Counted from the whole stretch's first letter, positions 37,978 to 50,635 are shown. The stretch is DNA of 60,452 nucleotides, filler included, from Diploschistes diacapsis (GCA_023645945.1; 6 parts of 6 records of this genome joined end to end with filler, not necessarily neighbours in it); one strand, 5' to 3'. Notes: generated by a model from the sequence alone, not told the origin. A program made the numbers and translations.

Positions 37978-38586
37978 GTTGAGCAGCCATGCTCTTTGGT
38001 CGAACTCGCAGACATCGTGGGAGCACGCTCTTCAGAGCCTTGGGAGCTAGCGCATGTACTATGGGGAAGGTAATATTGAGCAGTTTGAGTGAATCACATG
38101 CGGAATAAAGGACGTTTGCCTTCTCTGAACGTCTTTTACGGGCTTGCAAGAACATATCTCAATGACCTTGTGGCCCTGGCATTGCAAAAGCCGTTGCGGT
38201 AGTAGGAAAGAGACGGAGTGCAAAGTCAATTACCATGGGCCGACGATATCTCCAGTATGGGTCCTGCACGGGATTGTAGACCTGGGCACAATTTCGTTTA
38301 TAAATCAGGGTGCCAGTAGGTCACAGTGAGGATAGCAGATGTGCCTAGTCTTCTAACGTAGCTATGCCCAAGGGTGCACCGCTATTAGATACTAACTGCA
38401 CCACGCTTAGATATAAAAGGAAGAGACTGCGTACGCAGCTGTTTCCAGCATGCCCCTTTTCCATTTCTCACCCGCAGAGCTACTTCTCTAACATTCTATT
38501 CACTTTGCATTTGGCTCATCTTATTGTTTCCAAGCTTATTTTCATTGTGCTGCTGCACATCGGCGGGACGACGAATCCCATTTACG

Positions 38587-39944
38587 ATGGCGACCGAGAG
38601 CAATGGCAGAGTAGATTATCCGATCAAACGGAACTTTAGGTCGTCCATTAGGTATCCCTCTCGCAGGGTATATCATTGCGCCGCCCAGGCTTAACGCTAT
38701 TATCCCAGGCTCAACTACAATCATCTGATTATGAAGTGCGCCGCCGGCTACCTTCTTCACCCAAGCATACCCACGATACAGCCAGCTCTACGTATTGCGG
38801 ACATCGGAACAGGTACTGCGTAAGGCCAGCCACCTCCAGTATCTATCTCCCTCTCCCCCTCCGAGCTCACCTATACTACCCTCTTTCACTCGATCAAGTG
38901 CATGGGCCCTCGAAGTCGCCGTCCAGTATCCCGACGCTCAGGTCAAGGCTTCGACATCTCGGATGAGCAGTTCTGGCCCCCGCACGACCTGCGCAATTTG
39001 CATCTCATCGTTCACGACTGCTTCAAACCCTTCCCGGAGCAGCTCTGCGAGCAGTATGATATAGTACACATCAGGTTCTGGCTGTGTCTCGTCAACAATC
39101 CAGATGCGCCAGCGCTGCTCAAGAATCTGATAACTTTGCTCAGTGAGTTTGATTGCTTTCCTCCCTAACTCTCTGTCACTGTCCTTTCTGCTCCCTTTCC
39201 GGTGACAGGTCGATGAGTTGGCGGTGTGTTCTCACCTGCCTCCCGCCCTTCAACTATATATATCCACTTCCTTTGTGCTCGCACGACCGGGCTTTGCCGT
39301 CCCTGCACAAATCGCTGACGCAGACACGCTGACGAGGACGAAACAATATAGAACCTGGCGGCCATATCCAGTGGTTCGAGCCACGAGCACTGATGCGTCC
39401 GTGTATAAGAAGGATCCCACCATGCCGACTCCTTCTCTGGATCGGAATCGCGAGGTGTGGAAGAAGCCGCGCGAGGATAGCTCGTATCAGTGAGTTTAGT
39501 CTAAGATCAGCCCGTTTAGTCCGCGGTCTGTCTACTTCTCTCACAAAAATTCTCCCTTCTTCTACTATGCCGAGCTGGAACCTCCGTTCTCACCTATTTA
39601 CCTTTCCCAAATTCTCCTTTCCCAGGATCTGAATCGCGAATAACAATGAAAGATGGGTTGCCTCCCTCCCTGCTCTCTTCGCGCAGCACCGCCTTGACGT
39701 AGTTGCCGAACAGACAATCAACCTCGGTGATCGATATCGTGCCATGTTCAACCAGAACGACCTTGCGGGCTACGAGGATTTCGTTGAGGAAGCGGTGCTC
39801 GGCGTGCAGGCAGGCGAAGAGATGAGACGCTATACGGCCGCACTCGAGGCGGAGATGAGGAGCGGCGCAGGAATTGAGGTCCCCTGGTCTTGCGTAGTGG
39901 ATAGGAAGAGGGGGGAGGGCATGGAGGGCGGGAGTGGAGGGTAG
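38587..39944 (+). pseudogene. SAM-dependent methyltransferase (class I, LaeA-like/Methyltransf_23 type) with two frameshifts, 5 exons
   Basis: MATES..DYPIKR..SIR|LNYNH..GYLLHPSIP..RIADIGTGT|AWALE..YPDAQV / GFDIS..HDCFKPFP..YDIVHIR..NLITLL|KPGGHIQWFE. One-base shifts at ~38945 and ~39384. Confidence 0.85.
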
Positions 39945-40286
39945 AATGGCATGCAGAATAGCGAGGAGCGAGGAAAAGGCGAAGACATGCGTTAGCAGAG
40001 GCCAGCGCAAGGCAGATAGACCCCAGACAATTGCATTATTACAATCATTTGCTCATTTTTCCGTTCCCTACTCACCTACACCACTACACCACTACACACA
40101 TTAGTTCAGCTGCAAGCTGTGTTTAAACTCAGCGACCCAATGGGGACAAGAGGAAACCCCCCCTCTTTCATGCTTGTAAGCACATGTCCCAGTCTACCTT
40201 GGGCCTGCAAAATTGGATAGGTCTTATTCTGCCTCTGTACACAAAAATTATATAATAAATACCATAATTCTTAAGATACTTTCTCA

Positions 40287-40386
40287 NNNNNNNNNNNNNN
40301 NNNNNNNNNNNNNNNNNNNNNNNNNNNNNNTTAATTAATTAANNNNNNNNNNNNNNNNNNNNNNNNNNNNNNNNNNNNNNNNNNNN
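40287..40386. other. Artificial contig spacer
   Basis: N44-TTAATTAATTAA-N44. Confidence 0.98.
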
Positions 40387-40408
40387 GGAATCCCCGTGAA
40401 ACACGTTA
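40387..40408. mobile_element. Tip of the same pogo/Fot1-like TIR plus TA target, at the contig start
   Basis: GGAATCCCCGTGAAACACGTTA is identical to 520-541 and is followed by a different flank. Confidence 0.75.
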
Positions 40409-41868
40409 TTATAATCTTCATTATCGACGTATCGTGAGTAAAGCTTGCAGGGGTAGTTTTTATAAATTATTTTATATTAAGGAACCGTCTTTTTAACGTA
40501 CTCAGTATACAGACGGATTTGCCTAAGAGAAGACGAGTACGGTCGCGCGGGTCCTAAAGAAGAAGAAAGAGGGAAAGCGGAGAAATTAATAGAGAAGCAG
40601 TACAGTTAGATATTAAATTAAGGTTTTTATAAAGCGGCTTATTTAAAATCTTGTTTTATTTTATTTTATATCGGGCCAGGTTTTATAGACTTAATTCTAG
40701 AAAGCCTAGATTTTTTAGATGCCGACTCCATTTCGTTTTCCCCCGAGTTCAGTATTATAACGATTTCCTTGAATTTACAATCTTCGTCATTCGAACGCTT
40801 GCGACTTTCTTAGAAATATTGCGATAAATCTTTTAAGTTTGTTCTGGTAATGTAGTGAATAGCATCCTCAGCTCTTTCTTAAACGTCATAATTAAGTCAA
40901 GAAAGATTTTCGGTAACTAACAAAAGCTAGATACGAAATGTATTAAAGATTAAGCCGTAGACAAAGCTTATATAGAATGCGGAGAGATTTATGATCTTAG
41001 AAAAAGGGGAGTTGTTTCATCAAGAAACGGCCATGTCTTGATAAAATATTGCCAAGAAATACTTGAATCGAATCTGCCCGAAATAAGATAGATGATTAAT
41101 TGGACTGCCAAATAATATCTAGGATTAAAGAATTTTTGCGAGACGAAGCCAGTTGATAGCTAGCAGCGGATTTTCGTGAAATAATAGGAGATCAAGATGG
41201 AAGAATATTGAAAAGGTGGACGATATATGAACTGCCTGAATGCCTCATTCGCATTCAGAGCATCCAGCCTTCTAGATTAATATGGCATCTTCATTGAAAC
41301 GTCCAAATCGAGCAACAGAATACCCTATCGAAATTCCATAGGGAACTAATGAGGAGAATTACCACTTATGCTTCAGAAGCTTGGAGGAATGCAGCCCACG
41401 GACACATGCAACCGCTCGCTTTTTTAGTATGACCTGGACATACGCCGTTCTGGTATTGCACCTTCGCTGGCGACCTGAAGGTCCTAAAGATATCAAAACG
41501 ACCCATATTTTCAGTGATAAGGTTTCGGGTCTTGAAGCGGTATAAATTAACACGGCTTGTGCGAATCTAGAGTTAATTGCTCGTTAAAGCAACATAAGTA
41601 TTCGCGGATTTATATGACCGAAGAGGAGACTCGCCATGCACACGACGAGTTAACTAGATGACATCCAATAAACCGAAAATTAGGTGTGCGTTGCAGATCA
41701 GGTGGGGCTAAGCCGGAGGTCGGAATAGTCTTTTGTGGTGCCTCTAGCTGATCAAAGAACTAGGCTTCTGTTGATTGCTCGGTCGGCGCGGGCAGGTCTA
41801 TAAGCACTTTTGCTGGTTACTGTTTCATGTTTGTGGCATTTAGCTCAAACTTCAACCGACTAAGGCAC

Positions 41869-42144
41869 TTATCCACCGAATTCGCCATCGTGCTTCGCCA
41901 GCAATCTATCGTTACCGTGAGTTCCTGCAATTTTTCGTAGTAAAAACTGCTTATCCGCCTCTTTTTCTTGCAAAGCTTCTCTTAAACGAGCAGCCTCCTC
42001 TTCTACTTTCCGCTTAGTATCTATAACCGCTGCTACTTGATCGTTTAGCTTGCTGACATTAGTAGTCAACTTTGCTTTGTTACTCAAGCCGAACACCTGA
42101 TTCATAGGGGCCATGACAATTAATAAGTCCTCAATGGTAGCCAT
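41869..42144 (-). CDS. Hypothetical ~91-aa coiled-coil protein
   Basis: ATG-started frame MATIEDLLIVM...SKLNDQVAAVIDTKRKVEEEAARLREALQEKEADKQFLLRK; no recognised family. Confidence 0.35.
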   Translation of the reverse strand: MATIEDLLIVMAPMNQVFGLSNKAKLTTNVSKLNDQVAAVIDTKRKVEEEAARLREALQEKEADKQFLLRKIAGTHGNDRLLAKHDGEFGG

Positions 42145-43006
42145 ACTTGCGTAGATGCTTGTAAATTCTCCACTCAATTGAAAGCCATTCTGCTTCCCTG
42201 TCCATATAAGGTGTTTTAACGATGGTTTGTGAGGAATAATCAAGGCATACCATACCTGAGTTACCCCAGGCAATTATATCTTTGACAGCAAACCCCCCAG
42301 GAAACTTAATTTCGTTTACAAACGTGAGTCAGAGAGTGGCTGAATTCGAAGAGTAACTAAATTAAACTGCCAATGGAAAGCGGGGGAATATTTACTCCAT
42401 AAATGGTTTTAAACCTGGCACGCGCCACACCACATCAAAAAAAGTAACTTAGCAGACTAAGATGTTGTTCGTAGGACATCCTGGGCCATGGACCGCAAAA
42501 TGGGACATTTGATAAAACCCAATGTCGGTCACATAGCCGCTCCACGGTGGCTACGGCGACTGCGTCCTTCTCCCTGCCCTCCCCTTCCGCCGAACGGTCC
42601 GAGGCATTAGCGGCGACGAGCTGGCAAAACGGATGGGGTGTTTTCAACCGAAATTGTAGCGATCGCAGCATACCAAGAGTATTGGGTGAGACGCTTCGAG
42701 GCTGAAACCGCTAAGCTCAGTAGAATGTAGCAGCTGAAGTACAGCCTACCAATGCCCCACGCTCAGCTGAGGCACAGCCGCATCTCCCCCAGATCGCGCG
42801 AGATCCCGCGGTGAGCGCGCCTTTAGAGCGGCCGTCACCCTAGGCTGAAAGAGGGGTGCCGTCGACGCGGATTTTTGTTATCTTGGCGGTTGCATGAGCC
42901 TCCTCACAGCCTTGTCAATCTTGTCGACCAACCGTGACCTTCGTCTTCCGTCTTTCGTCGACTTGATGTTAATAACACGAATCGTCAAGGAGTAGGCGCT
43001 TCAGGC

Positions 43007-43980
43007 ATGCCGGATCCTTTTACCATCGTCGGAACGGCTAGCGCCGTAGCTGGTATAATTAGATTATTGACCTCAACTATCAGCACTTTGCGCGAGCCCG
43101 ACGGGCAGTGGGAAGACGCCGATTTCGTTAGGATCAACCTGGTAGCACAACTGAATATGGCTCAAAGCTGCCCTGCGCAAGATCCAGGAATGGGTCCTGT
43201 CTGAGAATTCCGACCCGCATCATCAGTTAGTCATGGACTTGGATCTCTCGTTGACGTGCTGTAAGGCGCTTGTAGAGAGAATGAGATGTCAGCTGTCGAA
43301 ATTCCATCTCAATGCAGACGCTAAGCTGGATACTGCTAGTAAGATCAAACTCATTCTTGGAGGCAAGTTTATGGATGATATACAGAAGATGGTTGAAAGG
43401 CAGACGGCGTTGAACCTACTTCTTACGGCCTGTGGTTGGCATTTTCCACGGTCTTCGATAGTGGACATGGTACTGAACACACGTTGTTAGCTCCGTCATC
43501 TCGAAGCAGAAGGCCTTGTTGGATAGATCAAGTTCTCGAAAGGCGATGAAGCGAGTCAAGGACGACAACAAGTCTCTCCACAGTCACCAAGATGCTGCAT
43601 CGATGCCAAGTCTCTCCTCCGACCGATTGTCGAAGCTGTCGTTGGCCTGCCCCTTTGACGAAAGAGATCTTCACATCCTGGTGTTTACTAACACCGTATT
43701 GACGTTTTTTGGAGGAAAGCATGCGACAAAAGCAATCTGACATGCAGATGGTGAGTGAAGGCAGGGAGTGTGGATGTTTTAAAAAGACTCTCCGCTTTCG
43801 CTATGAAGGATGTCAGCTGGGTGCTTGAGGATGTAAATATGGATGACATTCTTGCGATATGTCAAAGGAGAATCACTTGGCGACAACTTTGAATTCAATG
43901 CAACCTCTGCAGAGACTATGCTTGAATTCTGGAAAGGATTAAGGACGCTCCAATGTGTGCTGGACAACAGGCATAGTATC
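43007..43980 (+). pseudogene. Fungal N-terminal helical (SesA/HeLo-like) domain protein, probably a decayed fusion to a G-alpha-like domain
   Basis: MPDPFTIVGTASAVAGII...QWEDAD...NLVAQL / LKAALRKIQEW...HHQLVMDLDLSLTCC...LDTASKIK...ERQTALNLLLTAC|..KRVKDDNKSL..SKLSLACPFD. Then come fragments (FEFNATSAETMLEFWK) resembling a G-alpha helical domain. Multiple frameshifts. Confidence 0.7.
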
Positions 43981-45606
43981 TTACTTGTAGTGCCGGTTGT
44001 CTCGCCCCTTCTCCATATAAAACACTGTCAGATACCCACTAAGTTAAGTCCTATGTGATCAGAGTTAATTCTTAAAGCTAAATTCGTTGCTTTTCAGAAC
44101 AATTAAATTGTTTATATCTAAAAGCCGTCTTCCCATATTATAGCCTCTTTTTTATATATCCTTTTGTTAACAAGTCTATAGATTTCTCTCTTCTTTTATC
44201 TTTCTTCCGCTGTTTTTTTTGCCTCCGCTTTCTACTCCCTCATCACCCTCCCCGCTGGCGTTGCTTCTGCAAACTGCACAGCCTCGCCATCGTTCCCAAA
44301 AGACGGAGGAAAATAAGGACACTCTAGCGGGTCAGATGAAAGGGGGCAAGAGGGGAGAGAGAGAGAAGCCTACTGCGGCGTGGCATTTTGTTAGGTTACT
44401 CTACATTATAGTTTTTAAGATGCTTATGTGGACAGCGTTATCGAGTCTCTTAAGACGCCATGGACTCCAACCATCGCCCGAGGCGACAGGATACTCTGAA
44501 AATGCTGGATATCGCCGAAGAACTTGAGCGCTCGAAACCCATCCCTGAGCATCGGCTTACCATTGGCGAACATGGGTATCTTTCCTACAGAGCGCGCCGG
44601 AACTCACACGGTGGAAGGGCAGCGTGTTAGCACGACCCAGATTCATTCACTTATTCGATGGAGCTCTGGCCGCAGCGTTCGTGATGGATCTCTCTTGCTG
44701 TGATCGACCAGGTCATTTCGGCGATGAAATCCACATTCAAAACTTTTGAAATTTTGGTGCTCTTTTCCACTGCAGATGGATGACTTGCAGGGTAATGCTT
44801 TTGTTCTTCACTAATTGCGAAGCGTTTTCGAGGAAGCTCTTGACGCCACCGTTGGCGAAGCGTTTCGGCGAGTTCAGAGGGGAATAATGAGCTAAGTGCA
44901 GCAGCTTGGCTGCTTCTTGCATCTATTTGTTTCTCTGGCTTAACAGAATACATGTATCGTATACGCGCATGTCTGCAAAAACAGGGACGGCACAGTCCTA
45001 AGATTCTTGAGAAAAGTAATCGCAGTTCAGAAACTGGGATATAACCAAGTAAAAGCGCAGCTACCATGAAGTGGCCATCTCGTGGAGCCTGACGCAAACC
45101 AAAGTACTGTGATGTGCTTTAGGATTCTCCAAGTGGCTTGGCCTAGGTATGCAGGGCTTGTGATGAAGCTTTTCAGTGCAAGGCCCTCTTGTTATACCCC
45201 TCTGCCTAACAAGGTAGCAAGCTCAGTGGAAAAATGACAAGTAACCTTGCAGGACAAGGGCATGAACGGAAGAAATCGAAAGGGAGCAATCGAGCGATCG
45301 AGCAACGAAGGAACATTCGAATATGATGGCCGGTCATGTAATGCCTTTTGGTCCGTCAAATATCTCCCGTTCTCGCTTGCACGTATGATGAGCCTGTTGC
45401 GATGGACGATTAATCCAATCGAGATGTGACGGAGAGTGCTGAAGAACAATTCCGTTGTTGAAACGGCTAACGACGTTTATTAATAACAAAAGTGCCAACG
45501 AACGCAAGACGCTTCAAACGGCCAGAGGCCTGTCTAGTATCCTCCAAAATAGAGAAATGAAATGCTAGTACACACAACTCCCTCCCTCCTAACAACTACA
45601 GCCCTT

Positions 45607-46960
45607 TCACTCCGGTGAAGGATCGATAGAAATGGTCACGTTCTGGACCGTGCAGCCGGTTGTCTGGTACTTCTGAGCAAAAGTGCCATCCAGAGCAGCT
45701 GTAACAAACGCCGTGGCTGCCGGCAATCCGTTGTAGTACTCCGCCAAATGCCCACCCACCGAGTTCCGCTGGTAAAAGATATTTGCGCCAACTTCGCAGT
45801 ATCGCTCAACCAACGCGTCCGTGTCGGCCACGGGTGAAAGCTCGTCTCCTATCGCTTTGTAAAAGAAAACGGGCATTGCCGGCACACCGTGATAGCCCCA
45901 CGTGGCCTTGGTGTTGACGAGCTCTTGCAACAACGGGCTCGTAACCAAAGCCTTGGCAGATCTGAAGTATTTAAAGATGTTCTGATTGGCGAAAACGGTT
46001 GCGTCGGTAGACGTGTTGGCCGTAAGCGGAATGTAGAAGGTGCTCGAGTTGTAGGGACCAGAGTCGCTCAGCTGGCTCTTTACGTATGCCTGGGCGGTGG
46101 CATTCTGGCTGATCAAGCCGAGAATCCCGTTCACAGCATCCTCCGCAAAAGGGGTGCCACTCATGGCAAAGATGGCGCTCGTTACGTTGGGCGAGGCGCC
46201 GCCGAGGACGACGGCGGAGAAGTTTAGTTCCGGGGCATACTGGACCTGCAGCTCCGCAGCAAACTCGCTGGCCAAGGCACCGCCAGAATATCCCCATAAA
46301 GCACACCTAGCATCGCTGCGCAGGCCAAAGCCGGAATTCAGAGCGGCTCGGACCGAGTCAATAGTGGCGTGGCCCGACTGCACGCCATTGACGAAGGAGG
46401 CGAGCGGGCCTTCATAGTCTGGGACATTCACGTACCAGCCCTGACCAAGGGCGTCGATGATGGAGGGGTCTACTGGATAACCGTAGAATGTGTAGCTCGG
46501 ACTCATGTCTACGTTGGCGCTGTCGTCTGTGGAGAGTCAGCCACGCCAATGAACGATATGGTCACTAACAAGCCAGCTGGAAAGAAAGGAGAATCGAGCC
46601 CGAGGCTTTAACGGTGCTGTTGACAGTCGTGTTTGACGAGTTTGCTGCCTGTGGGATGAACAACGTCGTAACGGCCCAGGAGGGCTGATAGTTGCCATCT
46701 GTCGTTCTGTATAGAATGTTGTAGGCGGCACTGGAGTTGGCAACAGCCTGTGACAGTCCTGGCGCGTTGCGTATTCTGAGAACATCGCCTGGTGCGGCCT
46801 CTTCGTAATCGGGAGGTACAGTGTAGAACGGATCCTTACTGGGTGGCGGTGGTGCCAAAGGGTTGTCGGCTGGGTTCGTGGCGGGTGGTACTGGAGGGAC
46901 GGCAGATGTAGCAGCCCATGCCATGTAGGCTACAGTCAAGAATGCGGGGAGAATCATCAT
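45607..46960 (-). CDS. Secreted lipase, LIP (PF03583, Candida LIP/CalA-like) family, 2 exons
   Basis: Signal peptide MMILPAFLTVAYMAWAATSA, PPSKDPFY, YNILYRTTD, AVTTLFIP, GWYVNVPDYEGP, ALWGYSGGALAS (nucleophile), YKAIGDE, GGH. Intron 46570-46528. Confidence 0.92.
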
Positions 46961-48702
46961 CTTGTTGGATACGCTAAAGAAAGACGAAGTAGTTGGAATG
47001 CGGCGGAAAGAGGGAGCTTCCCAATGATGATTAACGGTAAGGAGCGATGAGATCAAAACTTGGTGGAAGCACTGGCGCAGCCCCCATCTTTATACCTAAG
47101 GAACATACGATATCTTCTGCAATGTTCGACCCAGTGGAGGCTTGAAAGCTTGAGGTTTCCTCGGGTTAAGGCATGCTGAATAGTCCTGCCCCATTTAGCA
47201 AACTTATAGTGGCATCTCCTATTGGCGGTCCGAACGATCTGACCAATCATACCTCGTTTGGTCGGCCATAAAGTCTTGGTAGTTCGCATTCAGATGAGGA
47301 TCTAAACAAAGTAGGCGAAGCAGAGTTGTAAATGAATACACATTTACACGGATCGTCTGGTGTCCAAACGAGTAGACTACAAGACATGGCTTTGTCCCTC
47401 CGCACGAGCTGATGGTAGGTATAACGAATAGTAGCCTCTGTCTGAAGAACTGGGAGAGGCATCCCTCGGGCCAAAAGCCAATAGGTCCGATTGGATGTCC
47501 AAGCGAAGCCTTGATTGCGCTATGTCGAAGGTGCATAATATGGACATGATCTTCCTTGAGTAGAAGAATTTCCGTTGGTTGGAGATATAATACCTCCTGT
47601 ATCCTGCACCCGATTGTGTTCCAAAGACTGAGACTCCGGTTCCCAATAATTGAAATCATCAAGTCGGAGCCCTTATAAATCAGTCAGATGCATCGGAGCA
47701 GTGCTCCAATCCCTCGGATTGATCGGATCCCCGTCGGCGCGTGACTCCTGAAGCTACCCATGGCTCTATTTGCCCCCTCGGACTTGCGAGACTCGCGATG
47801 CGGCGGGTCTGTAGCGGCGCGAAGTTATAGCCTCGTTGCCGACTCTCTCCGTGAAGTACAGCGCTGCGTATTGAAAAGCCTCTTGCCGACAGCAGTTGCT
47901 GAGTTGTCGTTGGCCATTGCAGCCCCCGCAGGCACCTCCCACTTGTATTTGCCAGCTCTTATGGTCTATCCCGCCCTCCCTCTTCTGTGCATATGGTCCC
48001 CTTACTCTCGCCCTCGATTCCCGCCCTCGTAAGACAGCAGCCCCATGGCACGGCATATAGCCGAACAATGATGCCACCTCTTGCCAGGGACTGTATCAGC
48101 CACCGCACCCACACCCTCTTCAACTATATTGATCGGGCTTTCCTCATGTTTGACCGCTCTCGCACCGCCCTCCTGCCTTCCGGAGCTTGCCAACCCGTTT
48201 TTGCCACATGCTTATGCCACGCATCGTAATTTCCCTTAATGCACCACCATTTTGTGGTGTACTTCCACAACAAGGTCAAATGGCCTTGTGGCTAGCATAG
48301 GGGCCATGTTTCACTCCCCAGATTATTCCATAGAGTTCGTAATAGGTCCCCCCCCCCTTTGAGATCAAGTCAAGCCAGTGTATCGACGCAATTGTTGGAA
48401 ATGATTAGAGGGCACACTGGCACTTTATGTACTCGACACCTAACGATATAAACAGCCTTCTATGATCCCCTTGCTAGGTTGCGGATTAACGATACACCAC
48501 AATTTTTTGGGGCTAATACGTAAGATGGGACTCACCCTGCACTCCAGAATATTAGGAAACCTTTTGCCCTCGGCGCTCACAAGCAGTAGATGCGGACAAG
48601 CCCCGAGATGGTCATCAAACCTCAGATGCTCATAAGCCCAAACGCCTATAAACAAAGCCCTCGGATTCCCACAAACCCCCGATGCCCACGATTGAAGCCC
48701 TC

Positions 48703-48990
48703 AGATCCCACATGGAAAACTTTCTTCATGGATTGTGAATCCACACGAAGAAAAGGAAGAACCAACTGTGCTCTCGCTTATATATATCCAGTTTAGTTCA
48801 ATACTGGCACAATGCAGTACAGTATTGTTGGTCTTTTGGCTATGTGGCTTAGCCGTACTAAACTGGCGCTTTATATCACACAACTACTGAAGATCCCACA
48901 AGAAGACTTTCTTCATTGATTGCGAATCTAGATGGAAAAAGGCAGCATGGCTACTGACACGACGACTTTATACTCATGCTTATAGATGGG
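48703..48990 (+). repeat. Imperfect ~60-bp direct repeat (188-bp offset) enclosing copy 2 of a short dispersed repeat
   Basis: AGATCCCACATGGAAAACTTTCTTCATGGATTGTGAATC at 48703 versus AGATCCCACAAGAAGACTTTCTTCATTGATTGCGAATC at 48891. Confidence 0.75.
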
Positions 48991-49940
48991 ATCCCATTAT
49001 GAGTCATAGCAGATTTTTTTTCTTTGACTCACGCATAGCACAGAACAGATTAAATGCGAAACAAGGTACTGGGCAATAGGTACCTACTTTGTATAACCCA
49101 TCATCCGTGGGTGGGAATGTACAAGGCTTGCGGCACACAGCGTATCACACTTCTCTTGTTGATTGAAGGAACAGAAAGCGAGAGAAAAACAACCCCCGAC
49201 TACCATTTATAGTGAATTAGAACATACTCTGATAAGAGGCTCTTCACCGGTATTGTGACCACTGGATCCCACATACGACCCTGGAACTGACCCCAGATCT
49301 GGATCTGGGATTCAGCTGGTATGAATAGCCGTACAAGATAGGTAGAACTTAGCTTGTATGAGCCGGTTTTTCTATGTTCGGAAATAACATATCTCGCTGA
49401 TTGTGACGCACTAATATAGGTAGAGTAGACCAAGGCATGGCTGTGTAGATAGCAGTATAGGTATTCGATTAATCCTGACGTGTCAACGACAAGTTAACAT
49501 GTCAACAACGCGTCAATAATATGTTAACGATGTTTTCAGTTCGTCATAGCTCGTGTCTCGGCGCCGAGCGCTGTTTATTTTTTTGGGAAGTATCTCCGAA
49601 AGTTGTACGCAGCGTCCATTTATAGACAGACGTCGCCTATGCTGCGAAAGTTTTAATGTAAATAAGCGTCGAGAAGAACCTTACGGCCCTTTACCGACGT
49701 ATTCGTAATCTTTAAAATGGATTATTCGGCGTCTTTAAAGACCGCCGGCGACGTATTTATCTTTATAAAACGTAAGAAATGAATAACGACGCCTGCTCTT
49801 ACGTTTTTAGGCCCTTAATCTTGCGATTTAAATAATAACAAACGCTGATATTGTTGTAGCTGTTATGGCTACTAGCTGTTGCCACTGCTACTGTTACTGC
49901 TATTGCTACTAGGGGGTTCGCTTGCATTTGCCCTCGCTGC

Positions 49941-50373
49941 TGTCGCTTGTGACGCAATGGGCCACGATGCCTTTAGGCATCACACACCTGGTAGCTATAA
50001 AGGGCTCGCTGCCCTCAGTAACTTTTAAAATACCATCTTTTATTACATCCACTAATTTAAGTCCATTCTGACAAAATGGTAGCAACGATTAATTATCCAA
50101 TCTATAGAACAATTTAGCTCCGGCAGAATCCTGCATCAATCCCTCGTATAGACCAGAATTCATAGTAAAGCCTGGTCTTTACGAATTTCCCCTACTTCCC
50201 CATTCTGTAGCGATCAGAGCTTATTTTATGCACTACCTTATCCTTCTTTCTTCTTTTTAACCAGACTAAAATCAATTTTTAGATAGATATATCGATCTAA
50301 TCCCTTAATCCTCCTTCTATTAATTAAGAGCTAGTTTTATGATATCGACTATCACCTAATATCGACTAAGAAT
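49941..50373 (+). mobile_element. 5' LTR and PBS of a degenerate LTR retrotransposon, next to other RIP-like repeat DNA (from ~49480)
   Basis: TGT (49941 or 49948)...TATAAA...TGACA (50073), then aaa-TGGTAGCAAC (50077-50086), which resembles an initiator-tRNA PBS. AT-rich decay continues to the contig end. Confidence 0.5.
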
Positions 50374-50473
50374 NNNNNNNNNNNNNNNNNNNNNNNNNNN
50401 NNNNNNNNNNNNNNNNNTTAATTAATTAANNNNNNNNNNNNNNNNNNNNNNNNNNNNNNNNNNNNNNNNNNNN
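50374..50473. other. Artificial contig spacer
   Basis: N44-TTAATTAATTAA-N44. Confidence 0.98.
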
Positions 50474-50635
50474 GCAATGATCGGAGAAGACGGGACTGCT
50501 TTGACGGTACTCGTCTGAGACTACTTCTTTGAGTGATGATAGCGTGAAGATACCCAGATACTTTAAAAGCTCAGAACCGTTCTGGCGCAACAGTACTTGC
50601 GTTACTGCGTGCCTGGCTTTTTCATGGATTCCATG

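Noticed and set aside
44200..45450. ORFs 44651-45097 and 45192-45449
   Set aside because: No family resemblance. They may be eroded coding DNA, but I cannot support that.
47760..48230. Signal-peptide-like stretch VLKSLLPTAVAELSLAIAAP
   Set aside because: No suitable start codon or coherent downstream frame.
49271..49280. ACATACGACC matching the 5' end of fungal 5S rRNA
   Set aside because: Similarity stops after 10 nt, with no internal control region or 5S fold.
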